Under the pieces are notes generated by a model. It had not been told where the DNA came from. It ran no database searches and saw nothing but the letters and a program-made list of their open reading frames with translations. DNA of 64,000 nt from Nymphaea colorata (taxonomy: Eukaryota): the NCBI RefSeq assembly GCF_008831285.2, contig NC_045138.2, positions 17,050,001 through 17,114,000 of the forward strand, written 5' to 3'. Positions 13,301 through 26,595 of this stretch are shown here, in pieces. A program made the position numbers and the translations under genes. Numbering within the stretch: the first letter of the stretch is position 1; every line of letters begins with the position of its first letter.

Positions 13301-15013
13301 TTTCCTTTGAAAATCTGAAAGCTATAAGAATGAAAAAGTAAAACGTACGCAATAAACAACGACAATTGATAGACTGTCAACAAAATCATGAAGAACCAAG
13401 AGACACACGAAAAATATACATGAGTAAGCCACAATATGAGCTAATGCTTCTGGCATTGGCTTACTTGTTACAACACTGCAGCTCATGCACATTGCACTCA
13501 AAGCTGAAGAGCAGAGTCAAGGCCCTCATCAGAAGCCGCAAGAACCTACAAAATCTTGAACCCCTGAACTAGGACCTCATCTATCTTTCAGAAACAGCCG
13601 GATACTGCCATCCTTTTTGGATGAAACAGGGAGGTTTTTTATAAGGTTTTCAAACATCGATATTCATAATTAAGAACAAAAGTGCTACCACCAAACACAT
13701 ATGAAACAAATCAGGACAAACATAGACTTGATTAGATCAACTTGTCAGTTGTATTATTGCAAAAACGAAAGACACTGAGCAAAATCAGTATAGAAAGTCT
13801 CCAAGGACACAATCCAGTGAAAGGAAAAAGCCAAGCCTTCTCATAACTTATTGAATTTAGGTTGAATTTCACCAAGAAGCAAGTTGGAGAAGAAAAGCTA
13901 CAACACCAGGTTTTTAGCTCTACTTGCCTGAGAGAGATAGCTAAGCAACTTAGCTGGTGATCACCATTTACCAGAAAGTCGGAAATACAAGGCTGATGAA
14001 TTGTATCAGTAAAAGAAGAAAATCAGAATAACGATTACTAAATGTAATCCCTACTTCTAAAAGGCCTTCATTCGTGAAATTAGGCATGTCCAACACATAA
14101 CGAGAGAAAAATCATACCCCAATCGTCTTTTATATCCACATCAACCCCCAGCTCCTCAACTATAAACTTGCAAATCTCAGTCTGACCTTCCCTTGCTGCA
14201 AAAGCGAATGCACTTCGACCATTTGCGTCTTTAACACTAGAAACGGTTTCTGCCATTCCCTTCTTTTCCTCATCAAGAATCTGCCCGGTATCTATTAAAA
14301 GAGTGGGAACAGGAAGAATTAGCAATTACTTTACCAATGGGAGAATGGAAATGAATGCAGTAATTAACCGTACTGAATGGAGAAAACCGAAGTCCTCAAA
14401 AATTGCGCAGCAGGGTAGTGTTTGGACGAACTAATTTATCTGGATAACATAATATCCACAAAAGAAGGCGATGAATATTTTCTTAGAAGACCAATACAAT
14501 TACCAACACTCATCATTTTTCATCTGGAAAAAGTGGAAGGCTCAAACACAACGCCGGGGTAATTTAGCCTCCTATGCAACCAGCTAGGAACGAATATAGG
14601 ATTTTCCCGCAGTTTGATTTCGACAAACCGACTTATCCAGAAATACGATATAGTTTGAGATATTTCACAGAAGGAAAGTTAGGTATCACAACACAACCCC
14701 ACCCACATTTCCACGCGAGAAACTACAAAATGCAACAAACAACCCATAGAAAAACAAAAACAGAAACAAGGAAAAAAGAATCATAAAAGAAAGAATCAAT
14801 GAGAACTCACTCTTGAAGAGCTCGATATCGCCACGGCGAGCGGCGTTCAGGAACAGCTCAACTTTCTCCCGAACTAGCGAGAGAAAAAAACAAAAAAAAA
14901 AGAAGAAGTTAACACAATCAACAACGAGAAAAAACACCAACTAATTAAGAGCAGTGAGATACATATAAAGAAGAAAATCAAAAGAGAGGGAGACCTTTAA
15001 GAGCGGACGCCAT
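4351..15013 (-). CDS. Ankyrin-repeat + C-terminal TPR domain protein (Arabidopsis TPR10-like), 13 exons
   Basis: Hand-spliced exons, all GT-AG and phase-consistent: 15013-14995, 14873-14811, 14291-14118, 13192-13058, 10901-10762, 10170-10087, 8197-8072, 6834-6682, 6568-6500 (acceptor least certain), 5931-5830, 4966-4796, 4663-4584, 4393-4351. Ankyrin motifs GETPLFHA, GTTPLHHAA, GTPLIWAA, GTTPLLAAV, ATPLHVAA; TPR motifs KSRGDEAFRRKDYLMAVDAYTQAI, LLSNRSLCW, PDWPKGCYREGAAL; ends REAVEAGKKFHGTG*. Confidence 0.93.
7775..7971. repeat. Tandem duplication, two copies of ~97 bp, in an ankyrin-gene intron
   Basis: AGAAGCTAA...GTGAGAGCTCTCAAGTC occurs at 7775-7871 and 7872-7971 with few differences. 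Confidence 0.92.
9156..10025. mobile_element. Degenerate non-autonomous DNA transposon (hAT-like ends) in intron
   Basis: Imperfect terminal inverted repeats TGTGTTGTTAAAAG / CCTTTGACAACATG, CCTAGG-rich subterminal motifs and an A-rich core. No TSD found. Confidence 0.45.
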
Positions 15014-16226
15014 TGCGAGAGAGTATGAGGAAGAACACGGTGACGGTGACGACTTCTGGACTCTTCCCTTCTTTTCCCTCGACAATCTTCTCGCCTTCCC
15101 TGTTAAAGCGACAAAGGCGGGTTCTTGGTCAAAACAGTCAAATCCTTCTGTGCCCTACGGGAGCGGACAATCAAGGGTTTCTCAGATAAACGGGTCCCGT
15201 TCGGGTCGGCGGTGATTGATAGAATTTGGAGTTGGAAGATTCGTTCCCACCGCTATTCGCATGTAAAACAATTCAGAATCGAGATTGGATTGAATATTCT
15301 GAATTTAATATAGCTATTATTTTATCTGATTTTTTGTATATTTTTTAATTTGGATTTCAGTCCGAAAGTAAACACATAAAACCATGTCCTCATTTTTAGA
15401 TATTCCGGATTCAGCTGCACCATATCCACATCCAATTACTAAGCAAAGGTGAATTTTGTTACTGAATCCAACTACTTGGATCTGGATTCAAATTGAAAAC
15501 TGAATTACAACCGAACTCTTAACATCCCTAGTGGAGTCCGGATGGTGTGAAGATCCAGATGGGAAAGTCGAGTAAAAAAACTGACTCTGTTCAGTTTGGT
15601 TAGCATGTGGTGTGGAGTTTTGCGGCTATTTGAACTAAATCGTGTTCGGATATTCGAATTGGACGTGATCCATCGGGAACACATATATATATATATATAT
15701 ATGAGATCCCTCTATTTTGAGATCAGCCATATTCAAGCCATATTCACTTGAAAAATGAGTTGTGCAAATCATTTGCATGTCATAAAGGATTTGAGATCTG
15801 CAAGTTAGATTTAGAGTATGAAGATTTTTTGTGTAGAAAAACAAAAAGTTACGGCTAATACATGAGAAACATATTGAGAAAGTACTTCAAAGTTCACACA
15901 GTCAACATGGATAAAGAAAAAGCAATGAGCACTCCACCTAGACCACATTCTTGACTGACTGGCAGCCATTTTTTGCAGGTTTTTCAAGATATTACACGTT
16001 TTCTGGTTCTTATCAATCCTTCTATATTGTATTAAACATTTAGATTTGATATTGTACCATAAAATTTATTTTGAGGGACAAGACTTGTCAACTTGATTTC
16101 ATTTGCTATTAGGTGTCCGCATGTAAGTTTTTATATATTAGACTTTATTATTTCTCATTTCACAAGTTGTTTGTCTTCTTGAGTCATGCATCAAAGTCCT
16201 CTTTTTCTTATAAAAGGTTTTACTTG

Positions 16227-16363
16227 TGAAAGTTTATAAACTTCAAATGAAGAAAACAAAAATAATATTATGAAATGATGTGTTGATGAATTTGACTATA
16301 CTAGAGAGACATGTTAATGTGTGAAATGTTTCTCTATTGTTTCTGATTCTTGTGTTTCAGTTG
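16227..16363. repeat. Dispersed direct repeat, copy 1 (~135 bp; copy 2 at 23735-23867)
   Basis: TGAAAG..TATAA.CTTCAAATGAAGAAAACAA...GATGAATTTGACTATAC.AGAGAGACATGTTA...TCTGATTCTTGTGTTTCAGTTG is shared by both sites. Confidence 0.88.
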
Positions 16364-16962
16364 AATATGGTGTATGGAGTGGTCAAACATGGATTACAAT
16401 CTTAGTCAGATTGGCAGTTCGTATTACGGATATCCATGGTAATGGACACTAATTTCCTTTAATAAATGAAAATTTTGTTCTCAAATGAAAAAAGTGAGAA
16501 GATATCTCCCACAATGGTGACAAAGAATATCACCTTGGGAGATGAAAGGAGAAAAAACTTTTTTGAGTAAAACTATCATATCAAATGAGATTTTCATGCC
16601 TAAAAATCTTATGAGTTGTGACTCAAGATTTTCTTTCTTTCATATGTGACTGTATGAACTAACAAGTAAAAAAAAAATGACATAAGTAGTCTCATGCAAG
16701 TCTATTGTACATTGAATTGCTAAAGATTTGTGGATTTGAATGAAGTAAAATCACTGATGCTGGAAATAAATAGGTTGACCAAGAATGGGTAGTCGTTGTA
16801 GCCAATTCTGATATGTTGTGCATATATAATGATTTTAACTCTCATTTCCCTTTTCCTTTAATGCACAGTCAGCCTTTTAGTTCTATTGAAATTGTTTTAT
16901 CGATGTGGTTGAATTTGGCTTATTTCATTTTTCATATATATATATATATATGTATGTATGTA

Positions 16963-17004
<42 letters not shown>

Positions 17005-20000
17005 GATTCCTATACATTTCTATCATCAAAACCACCACAATCCATCATTAAAAACACTATAACTTACCACTACATAAACTGTTGCAAATGCACCTGTAAA
17101 ATGGTACTTTTAACAATATTTTTTAATACTTAATGATTTGAAAGTTAGTTGATCTCAATACATTCTCAAATGTTACCATGAATACCATTGATAGTAAAAC
17201 ACAACAAAGTATGAAACAAAGAGAAATGTCCCACTAGCCTTCTGGAAATATTTTGCTTTGTTGACGCTATTTTACAGTTTGTAAATAAAATGTCCTACAT
17301 GTTCCTTATTTTCGTTGGTCTTCACTGACACTTTCCACCATCGCAAAAGGACAAAAAGAGATCATTGGGCATCTCCTATTCCATATTCATTTCACTGATG
17401 CTCTTTCCACCGCCGCAAATGGTCTACAATGCGTCATCAATTACCATTGTAGTGGGTTTGTCAATACCGGAGTTACCATGGGGCTGGAGTGGGCAACTGC
17501 CCACCCCAACCTATTATCATGTGTTAGACTCAGGCCTAATCATATGGGCGTGCCTACACCAGACCCATGCTAGTGCTTTGTAGCTCTACATGCACCTAAT
17601 TCATTACAATAATAAAATGGATCAGTGCCCCCCACCTAAAACTTTATAGCTCGCTCCATGAGTTTTTCATAACACAAGTTCCACTTAATCACATATTTGC
17701 CCACATGTCGTTTATTTATTGTGTCATACTTTGTAGAGTCGAGTGACAAATTGACCTTTAGCAAGATAGACATGCATAGTTGATGTCCATTTAAATAATT
17801 GAGCAAGTTTGGATGGTAGATGTATGATGCACATTTAAAATTCCAACACCATTTCCTTTTCTTTCAACGCATAGTGTGCTTTTATTGGAAATTATCACAT
17901 CCATGTGTATAAAACTAATGCATCTTTTAGATATTTAAAATTGAAAATGTTTTGTGTATAAAAAAAGAAAACCATACATATGGAAAATGACACTATTTGG
18001 CTTGTCCAACTTCACTAACTAATTATTTCAGTTGGCACATAAAAAAAAAACCTAACAAGTTAGACGGCACATACTCTAGACGCAAGGAAACATTCTCATT
18101 CCTTCACATTAATACAAGGGAGTCCCTTTCTTTTCCAAAGTTTTACATTAAAAATAAGAAAACTAAATGATAGGAAAGTTCTATCATTCATTTTTTCCAA
18201 TTTGACTTTTCAAAAATAAGAAATCCATATGCAAAAAAATAGAATGCCACTCCACCCTCGTATACCAAATTTTAGGGGATCATCTAGGTTATAAGAAAAT
18301 CGAAAAGTGAAAATTAAGTTGCATTATACAATGCAGTCTGTTTTTTCAAAAGTTTAAAATACCGATAAAAAAAATAAATATTAAAAAAAAGGAAAACAAA
18401 TGAGTTTTATTAAAAAAAAATCCTTTTACTTTTTGAAGGCCATTTTAGATTCTGGAAAAAATAACATGACTTTTATATTTGAGTTGAATAAAACAAAAAT
18501 AAAATCTCATGTCGGCCAATAATTGTTTCCAACTGCCGCCGACTAATAATGACGCTGACTACTTTGGCAGACATGATCGCCTGTATCTCATCCCGGAGTT
18601 TGAATCCGATTAAGATCCAAACTCATTTGTCTTTACTGAATCATACGGATCCAATCAGGTTGGAGGTGGATGATAGGATCTGGTGGACCCGCTGATATCA
18701 CCTTTGATACGCGTAGCTCAGGAAAGGAAAGATTATTCAAATTTAAAAAAAAAAAATTATTTAAAAAAAGAAAAAGATTCTTATCGTCACACACATTAAA
18801 ATGAGAATTGAAAAGATTTTTTTTATTTTTTTATTTTAAAAAATATATTTTTAAAAATATATTTTTAATTCTAAAATTCCTAACCATCAAACACTACCTT
18901 GAAGAAACCATCTTACTCGGCGAGCCATGGAGCATGCCAAGTGAGGCCTGGCGGACCAAATGGGCCGTGGTCTTGATAGCCATACACACTAACTTTATCA
19001 TCCCACTCTTTTCCTTCCATTCAAAAAGAGAAAAGCAATAGCCACACATGGTTTGAACGTGGGTTTGTTTTTTTTTCTTTTTTGATATTTTTCAAATGTA
19101 ATTTTCAATTATTTTTCGTAAATAAAGGCTATGCAATCTATTTGTTTGAGTGCTGTCAAATAAAACCTCGAATGATCTTATGTTGATATAAAAAACAAGA
19201 AACTTTAGCTTTAACATGTTTTTCAATATTACTTTGTATTACTAATTACATTTTTGCCTTTTGAACTAATGAACCTAGCTTTTAGGTTGGGTTTGATTGC
19301 CTGGAATCATAAATCAAATATTGCATTGAAAAGTGTGTTTTGAAAGATTTTCAAATTAAACAAACTGAAAATCTTGGTATTGTGGATCTTAAACACACGT
19401 TATATGTAAAAAAAAAACCTTAAATTTAAGGTCGGATTGAAGGGAAGGGGTTTTTGAAATTATGAAAAAAAAAATATACGCCAACATGAAATATCCTTTT
19501 TTGGGCATTCAATGCTATCAACCAAGGGGGAAGAAAACTTAATTAGACGTCAATTAGGCTATAAGAACCCTGCCAATTAACAGCTCAAATAGATTTTAAA
19601 TCGATTTTTATTTTATGAGACGAACGCAGTTTTTTAAAGATAAAAAAAGGAAGAGATCTAATAAAATACGATCTGAAATTGTCATTCGATTCGGTTGCAT
19701 ACGTCCATGAGTGAATTCCGGTGGATACGATATCTCCTGCTTTAGATATTTATCTCAAAAAAAAATAAAAATAAAACGCTTATGTGCATTTTTTCAATAT
19801 AATATTACCATATTTTTTTTTGTCGACAAACACGTTCTAGGTCAAAGAAATCGTGTTCGCGTAAAATATTTAAAAATTATGGTCCATATATTCAGGACAA
19901 GCGCGTGTGATCAAGAACAGTCCGGGTCGGCTTGCTTTGACCACGACGTCATCCGGGTCCCACCCGGTCTGAGCCTCATGTGGGTGCTATAAAAGGATCC

Positions 20001-20046
20001 GCTGCTCGTCATTTCAACCCCTATCAACAACTCCAGAGGAGATCGC

Positions 20047-21650
20047 ATGGATCTCTTTGACGTGCTTCTAGCTGTCTATCCTGAGTTTGGATCTCCCGAC
20101 GTCCCTCAAGCCTCGGAGAGCGCGTTCGTTCCCTACTTGAGGCCTGAAACTAGGCATCTGAATTTGAATCTAAATCGGAATCTGAACCCAAAAGGTAAGA
20201 ATATGAACAAGCGAGTCATAGAATTGCTTCGTAGGATCCAAGCTGCTGGGGTCATGGGTCAAGAGCTCGAGCACGATTTTGGGTACCGGCACATGATCAA
20301 TGAGCGGCAAAGGAGGGGGAAGCTCCGGCGAAACTTCGAGATCCTTCAGTCTTTGCTGCCACCCAAAACCAAGGTATTCCTTTGTTTATCTCAACTGCCT
20401 CTATGTTCCGTTCATAGTTTGTCAGTAGTAATAACATATATGTTACTATGTCATGTATCTGTCCCAAACATTAGGACACATTGTGTTTCATAAATTTTTT
20501 ATAATATTTAGATATGTTATTATTTCCATTGCCGAACGATCCTATTGTAATCAAACTAGAACTGCCACACTTGGACCAGTCCTTAGTCCAACCAACTAAG
20601 CTAAACTTCTTTAGGGGTCTGCACCATTTATAGTTGTAGTTGCAAAAATCTCATTCTATATGAGTAAATCTTATATCTCATCTTATATAGGTAAAATTGG
20701 TCATAAATGGCTCCTTGAACCTTGCCTATAAAGTGGAGAAGTTGATGTTGGATGGTGCACGTCTTTGTGTTGTTTTTGTAGAATGACAAGATGTCTGTAG
20801 TTCAAATGGCAGCCCAAGAACTTGTGGGGTTGAAGAGGAGGAAGGAAGAGTTGCAGGGACAGAATGAAGAGCTAACTAGGCTGATGGTTGGGGGAAATGG
20901 AGGAGGAGATCAGAAGCGATCAGACACGGCAACGATAAGGGTGAAGGTGGGGAATGCTGGTAACCGATCACCCATTGATTCTGCGGTTGGGGTTGCTGCT
21001 TGCCTGAAGAGCCGAGGCCTTAGGGTCGTGAGGTTGAAGATGGAGTTCTCGCCGCCGGAGCTGTCAGCCGTCGTGGACGTCGAAGCTCAGGTGAGAGAGA
21101 GAGAGAGATTCCATGTGCTGCATACGTATCCTTTTGGTTGTTCATCAGCCTTTAGTTGTCTTATTTGAAAGCATTTTTCACAAAACATACCTGTCACTGT
21201 ATATACACACAAACTGCACCTGTCACATTCAAGAAATATTAAAGAGCAAATATATATATAAGGAAATGGTTCAATGGAGTTGAAATTAAGCACGGACTTT
21301 TTCTTTCAAAATATCTCATTCATCCAGATATGTCAATAAATCCGCTTTAGATTCAATGTTTGACCGAAATGTATAATAAAAAAGATTGCATATGAAAAAA
21401 AAATTAACATCCAATAAACAAAATTCAAACTGGATTCAGATGTTAAACCGCATCTAGAAAGCCAGGTGATATAAGTCGTGAATCCTTTTTTAAAAGAAAG
21501 AAAAAAGAGAGAAGATCGATCTCACCTAACTTTGTTTGCCATTTGCATATAATCTATTGATGAGATCTTCCCGTCGTTTTCTGTATGGCGAAGGATGGAA
21601 GAGAAGCGGAGGAGGCGATAAGCGAGAGTCTTGCAATTGGTGGCCGGTGA
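20047..21650 (+). CDS. bHLH transcription factor, bHLH92-like (subgroup IVd), 3 exons
   Basis: Exons 20047-20373, 20782-21090, 21594-21650 (last acceptor GAAG, less certain). bHLH RHMINERQRRGKLRRNFEILQSLLPPKTK|NDKMSVVQMAAQEL followed by an ACT-like C-terminus; TATAAAA near 19988. Confidence 0.88.
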
Positions 21651-22569
21651 CGGAAGAGCGCGTGATCGGTAGTGCAGTTTCCCAGGAAACTGCCGGTAAG
21701 TTGGCCGAAATTTCTAAAAGTTGAGCGGAGGACGCGTTTCAAGTTTCCCCTTGGCGCCGACATTGACGGTTGGCTTTGCTTTCGACGGCTACTTCCACTT
21801 TGGCTCCTCTTCTTTCCTTTTTCCCTGCTTGATTTGGCTCCGTAGGTGACGAACGTTCTTCCTGGAGCCTTCTTCCATGGCTGCTGCTTCTAATGTTTGT
21901 TGGGTTGGTGAGAAGAATTTGGCAGGAAGGTGCGTAGGGTTTACGGGCTGTGAGGGTTAAGGCCTTGTTTAATCATATGAATGTGTTTGGTCTGAATTTT
22001 GTAGCAAGACATGCATGACCTCAGTGGTAAGGGCGCTGGGACATGTTGATTTACTTGTATTTTTCTACTTATTGATCATTTTTTTGTCATTTCTTGTTCG
22101 ATGAAAAATAATTCAATGTTTATATGAAGTTAATTGTTCTGACGACATCAAATTCCAAATTTGGAATGAATGAGAAAGAAACTTCATCATGGCCTAGTGG
22201 GTGGTATAAGACCAGTCATTGGCTCAATTCATGTGGGTATGAACTCCTTGCATTAGCTTAGGCAGGCATATGCCTTAAATATACTAAACTTGAAAAGGAG
22301 TTTGATGGTTTGAAATTTTGATTTAAGAATGAAAATTCTAGAATCATAGTTCCTCTTCAATTTTCTAACTCCTAAAACAAAATACACTCTTTGCTTAATA
22401 GTTCTAATTTCTTAAAAAAATAACAATTTGATTCTAAAATTATCCGATTCTAGATATATCAAACGCCTCCTAAGGTTTAAGCACCAGATGAGGGACAAAG
22501 TTTCCTTAGACCCAAACCCAAATCAATACTAAATTCGAAAAACCCTCAAATGGATTGGAACCTTCTTAA

Positions 22570-23226
22570 CCCCCTGTTTGGATGGAGGGAAATGGAAGAA
22601 AATAACAATCAATCCTTTGTTTGATTGATTAACTAAGAAGAAGAAGGGAAATGAAAGGAGAGTACAAAACTTGTTCGGTTGCAAATGGAAGGAAAGAAAA
22701 AAGAAGGAATGGAAATGATATTCTAATGTAAATCAAATTCCTTCAAAATTCGAGGGATTGGGACGGAAAAGAAAGACTTATTGTTTTCTACTGTATATGC
22801 CTTTTTTTTTGTGCATGAATGAACAATGTTTTACATGATAGCAACATAGTTTTTGATCAAAAGTGTCTTTTTACCACCATTCATGTAAACCATCACAAGA
22901 AAAAAGCTTCTTCATCTTCTGGTTTGTTGCTCTTCTTTTTTTTATCTATCTTTTTATCACTATTCACGATGCCCCTTTCCTCATCTTTATCGTCTAGTGC
23001 ATGGGTATTATTATAAAGTAATATAAATTCTATCATTTCCTTTCCTTTATGTAGTCTAAACAAACATGAGTTTTGCAATTCTTTTATTTCTAAACAAACA
23101 AACTTTATAATCACATCTTTCCTTTCCTTTACTTTCATTTCCTTTCTCATTCTTATTCTCTCCCTTTTTTTTCTTTTCCTTTTCACCGCTCCATTTCCTT
23201 CCCTTTCCCTCCATCCAAACAAAGCG
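22570..23226. mobile_element. PIF/Harbinger (Tourist-like) MITE
   Basis: TIRs CCCCCTGTTTGGATGGAGGGAAA / TTTCCCTCCATCCAAACAAAGCG, flanked by TAA on both sides (22567-22569, 23227-23229), with mirror purine-rich and pyrimidine-rich subterminal halves. Confidence 0.8.
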
Positions 23227-23734
23227 TAAGGAACCTCAAGTGCACCTCGACACTATTTTTGTTTGGGGAATATCACAAGTGTTTGAGACAATTCGGGGAG
23301 AACGATCTCCCTTTTAATGCAGTGTAAGGTGCTAGGGACACCCTCTGCTTACTTAGTAATGAAATGATAGATCTAAAATTTATTTCTCCTTGCCTCTTTT
23401 CACTTGATCTCATGCACAAATCTCTTAAATTATTTTTTTCCCTTTTTTTTCTGGAGCTAGGTTTCATTTGGTTGCTGGTTTAACTCTACATGATTATATT
23501 CATTAATTTGAAAATTAGTAATGTAATTTGATTACTAAGTAAGCATTAATTCTATCATTTTGTTTTGGTCGGCCTATTCCAAAGGGCCCATGGTGTTGCT
23601 CAAAGTGTTTGTCTAGTAAACGCACCAAAAAACAAAAATCAACTGGTCAGTTACTAAAAGTTGATCATGAACACCCCAAAGGTGCACGCTTTTCCAAGAA
23701 ACGCAAGCATCACACAAAAGTCATAAAGTCTTTA

Positions 23735-23867
23735 TGAAAGTCTATAAGCTTCAAATGAAGAAAACAAGAATACTAATATGATGTGAAGATGAATTTGACT
23801 ATACAAGAGAGACATGTTATTGTGTGAAATATTTATCTATTGCTGTCTGATTCTTGTGTTTCAGTTG
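23735..23867. repeat. Dispersed direct repeat, copy 2 (copy 1 at 16227-16363)
   Basis: Visible alignment with 16227-16363. Confidence 0.88.
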
Positions 23868-25269
23868 TTCCACGCTTTGATGAACTCTATAGACTTTGAA
23901 GGAGAAGATCAGGAAGAAGGAAAAATGCAGGTTGTGTTTATAGAAAACTGGACATTAGAGAGCTTGTTGGACTGAAGACAATATGTAGATAGAAATAGCA
24001 TTGCTGTATTTACCTTCCTAGTTGTTTGGGTTTAGTTTGTAATTCGAAATCTTGAACTAGGAGATACTCTGTCCAATGAACCCTCGAGTGTTTATTTTTC
24101 TATGAACACATCCTGCCTTTTTCCTTCCTTCTGATCTTCTCTTTCAAAGTTTTTGGAGTTCATCAAAGGGTGGAACACCGTAAGGTTTGATCCTTGGACC
24201 GACCAACATGCTAGCAATGTTAATGATCATTACATCAACTACCAAACGCCATAGTACAAAAAAATGGTGTCAATCTTTTGATCATGGTGGCTCACCAATC
24301 TCACAAAGTTTATTTATTTTTACATTAATAATTCAATATATTAGATTGTTTATATATATATATAATCGCTCCTAAAAACATTATAGTTATTAAATTAATG
24401 CATTTGGTCGAAACAAATCAGTCACACACTTTATCTCCCACCACTAAAAACATTCAATTCTGCAACCAAATGGAAAACAAAAGAAACTTGCAAGACAAAA
24501 TTCTGAAAGAGAAATTTTTGTCATTGACGCCGATGCAATTGAAGACCTTGGAGGCATGGAGAATTTGAAGATCTTGAGGCCTTTTTAAGGACGGTGGATT
24601 GTTAACCTCTTACTCAATTGTTTGTAAGGAGAACTTTTCCCTCAATGGCCAATCCAAAAGTGACACAGATCGGATTTTTAAAATATTTTTGTTAAATATT
24701 TTCTTATTTTAAATAATTTTCGTTTATTTTTCGTCAAACGACCTTTTCATTGTGTTTTAGGAATCACCAAATTGCAGTCTCAGCGAGTCAGCCCAAACGA
24801 CAATGTGCTATGTTCGAATGTGTTCCATTGCCATCAAAGGACATGCAGGTACCATGGCATTTGTTTCCTAATTTATATTACCACTTTTAAGTTATATATG
24901 AATTTTATTCTCTCTTCCACCATTTCCATGTTGTCATATCTAGTGCAGTATTAATAATAATATGTCAAGAATACGCCTCAACTGTAAATTAGTGTATATT
25001 ATGCTAAGTTCGTATCCTATTTTAAATCTGGCATATACATAATTATTTCAATTCAGTCTCTCGCTCTCTCTTTCCTGTTCAAAGGTTTCTTGGCTGGGTA
25101 TTGGCTAGTCGACTTCCATGGTTTTAGTAAGGGTTAGACCATTTAGTTCAATCTATAATAATCCCAGGTGACCAGAAGAATCATCTTACTAACTACTCAG
25201 CCAAAAGCCGAAGCCTCCACTCTCATGTCATCATGGTATTAGACCTGCTTTAGAGGTCTTGGGGTGACG

Positions 25270-25678
25270 CTAAGCTTCATCCCTTCAACAAAGTTCAGTT
25301 CCCTTCAATGTCAACTCCACTTCTTGCCCACCACCTCCTTTTAAGTAGAACTCTCCCACGTCAACTGCCTTCCATCCATCTTCACTGCCTCCGCTCGGGC
25401 TTGGCCGCCAGCGCGTCTCCGCATGGAGGAAGTCCTCACGCTTGGAGAGGCCATTCCCTGTAGCAACAGCAAGCTCCATGTACGTTTAAAGATATCGGCG
25501 ACAGAACTCTTAATCCTCGTGAGCGAGAACACTTATTGGAGGTCTGTGCTGAATTCAAGGTAATGAAGGCTCCTTTTGATGATCAAAAGATTTCCAGTGG
25601 AGCTTGCTGTAACTATGGAGAATGGCTTCTCCAAGTGTGATTCCTTCCTTCATATGGAGAAGCGCAAGTAGCACGCTT
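25270..25678 (-). pseudogene. Phloem protein 2 (PP2 lectin domain, PP2-B/F-box type) pseudogene fragment
   Basis: EDGWKAVDVGEFYLKGGGGQEVELTLK resembles the PP2 C-terminal DGW.E.E.GEF....G...EVE..L motif. Upstream ACYLRFSI* resembles AYLVFKL. In-frame stops and a frameshift; no start or N-terminal exons. Confidence 0.65.
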
Positions 25679-25797
25679 AAGTGGAGGAAGTGAATATGGA
25701 TTGGACGGCAGTTGAGATGAGAGAGTTCTAACTAAAAGGAGGTGATGATGGACAGGAATTGGAGTTAAAAATTAAACTAGAGACTGAACTCTATTTT
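25679..25797 (+). pseudogene. Second, inverted copy of the PP2 C-terminal fragment
   Basis: GGAGGAAGTGAATATGGATTGGACGGCAGTTGAGATGAGAGAGTTCTAACTAAAAGGAGGTG... aligns by eye (~75-80%) with the reverse complement of 25287-25396; carries a 1-nt insertion and a stop. Confidence 0.7.
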
Positions 25798-26595
25798 TAG
25801 GTGAGGAGGCTGAGTCTTTTGCCATACTAGAGAACCCAAACTCCCTTCTAACCCTTCATTCCTATAGGGTACAAGGCTTACTTTTTAGTACCGCCTATGC
25901 CACACTTCAACTTGCATGTCAGTGATCCTGTTTTTGGGACACAAAATTTGCTGCAAAGAAAATGGTTGCAGTATCCAATTTATAGGGTAGAAAATTTCTC
26001 AACCTAGAAAGTAGAGATACCATAAGATAATAAGGAAATGACACCAAATCAAGCTAGCAATTGTAGATATGAAACAATCAATCCCATTTTTATGCAGGTT
26101 GATTGCCTTACATACATGAATTTGGTTCATTCACCATATATTGGATAAGGACTGGTAGGTAGGATGAAAGATATCATTCTATGTTTGTTCTTCTTTAGCA
26201 TCCATAGTGGAAGCAAATGAGATACTAGCAATATTTTGATTCCATTTAAATACTGATTTCTCATGGCATTTTCCTTTTAGGAAGATTTGATAGCACAGCC
26301 AAAGATTGGTCAAACTTAATGAATGCCATGACTAGCAGGCAGCTGGTCAGCCGCGTTTAGAATAGTGCCTTACCATGCTTCCCTAGGTGAGGATTCATAG
26401 TTTAAAAGACCTTCCTTTAGCACTTGTACATTGTGAGAGGCAGAGTAACCATATGTAGGACAGGCTAGACTCGGATAACAAGAGAGTTGAATCTCTTGCT
26501 TTTGGAAAAAAAACAAGAAGCAAATTCCAAGGTTTTAGCCAATTATTTGACAGTAATGAAAAACAGACTCGAAGGAGGGCATATCTAAGCAAAGC

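Noticed and set aside
20374..20383. Donor GTATTCCTTT resembling a U12-type 5' splice site
   Set aside because: The U12 consensus is RTATCCTTT; the extra T breaks it, so it is treated as a U2 intron.
22893..23222. 109-aa K/R/E-rich ORF
   Set aside because: Translation of the purine-rich strand of the Tourist-like MITE.
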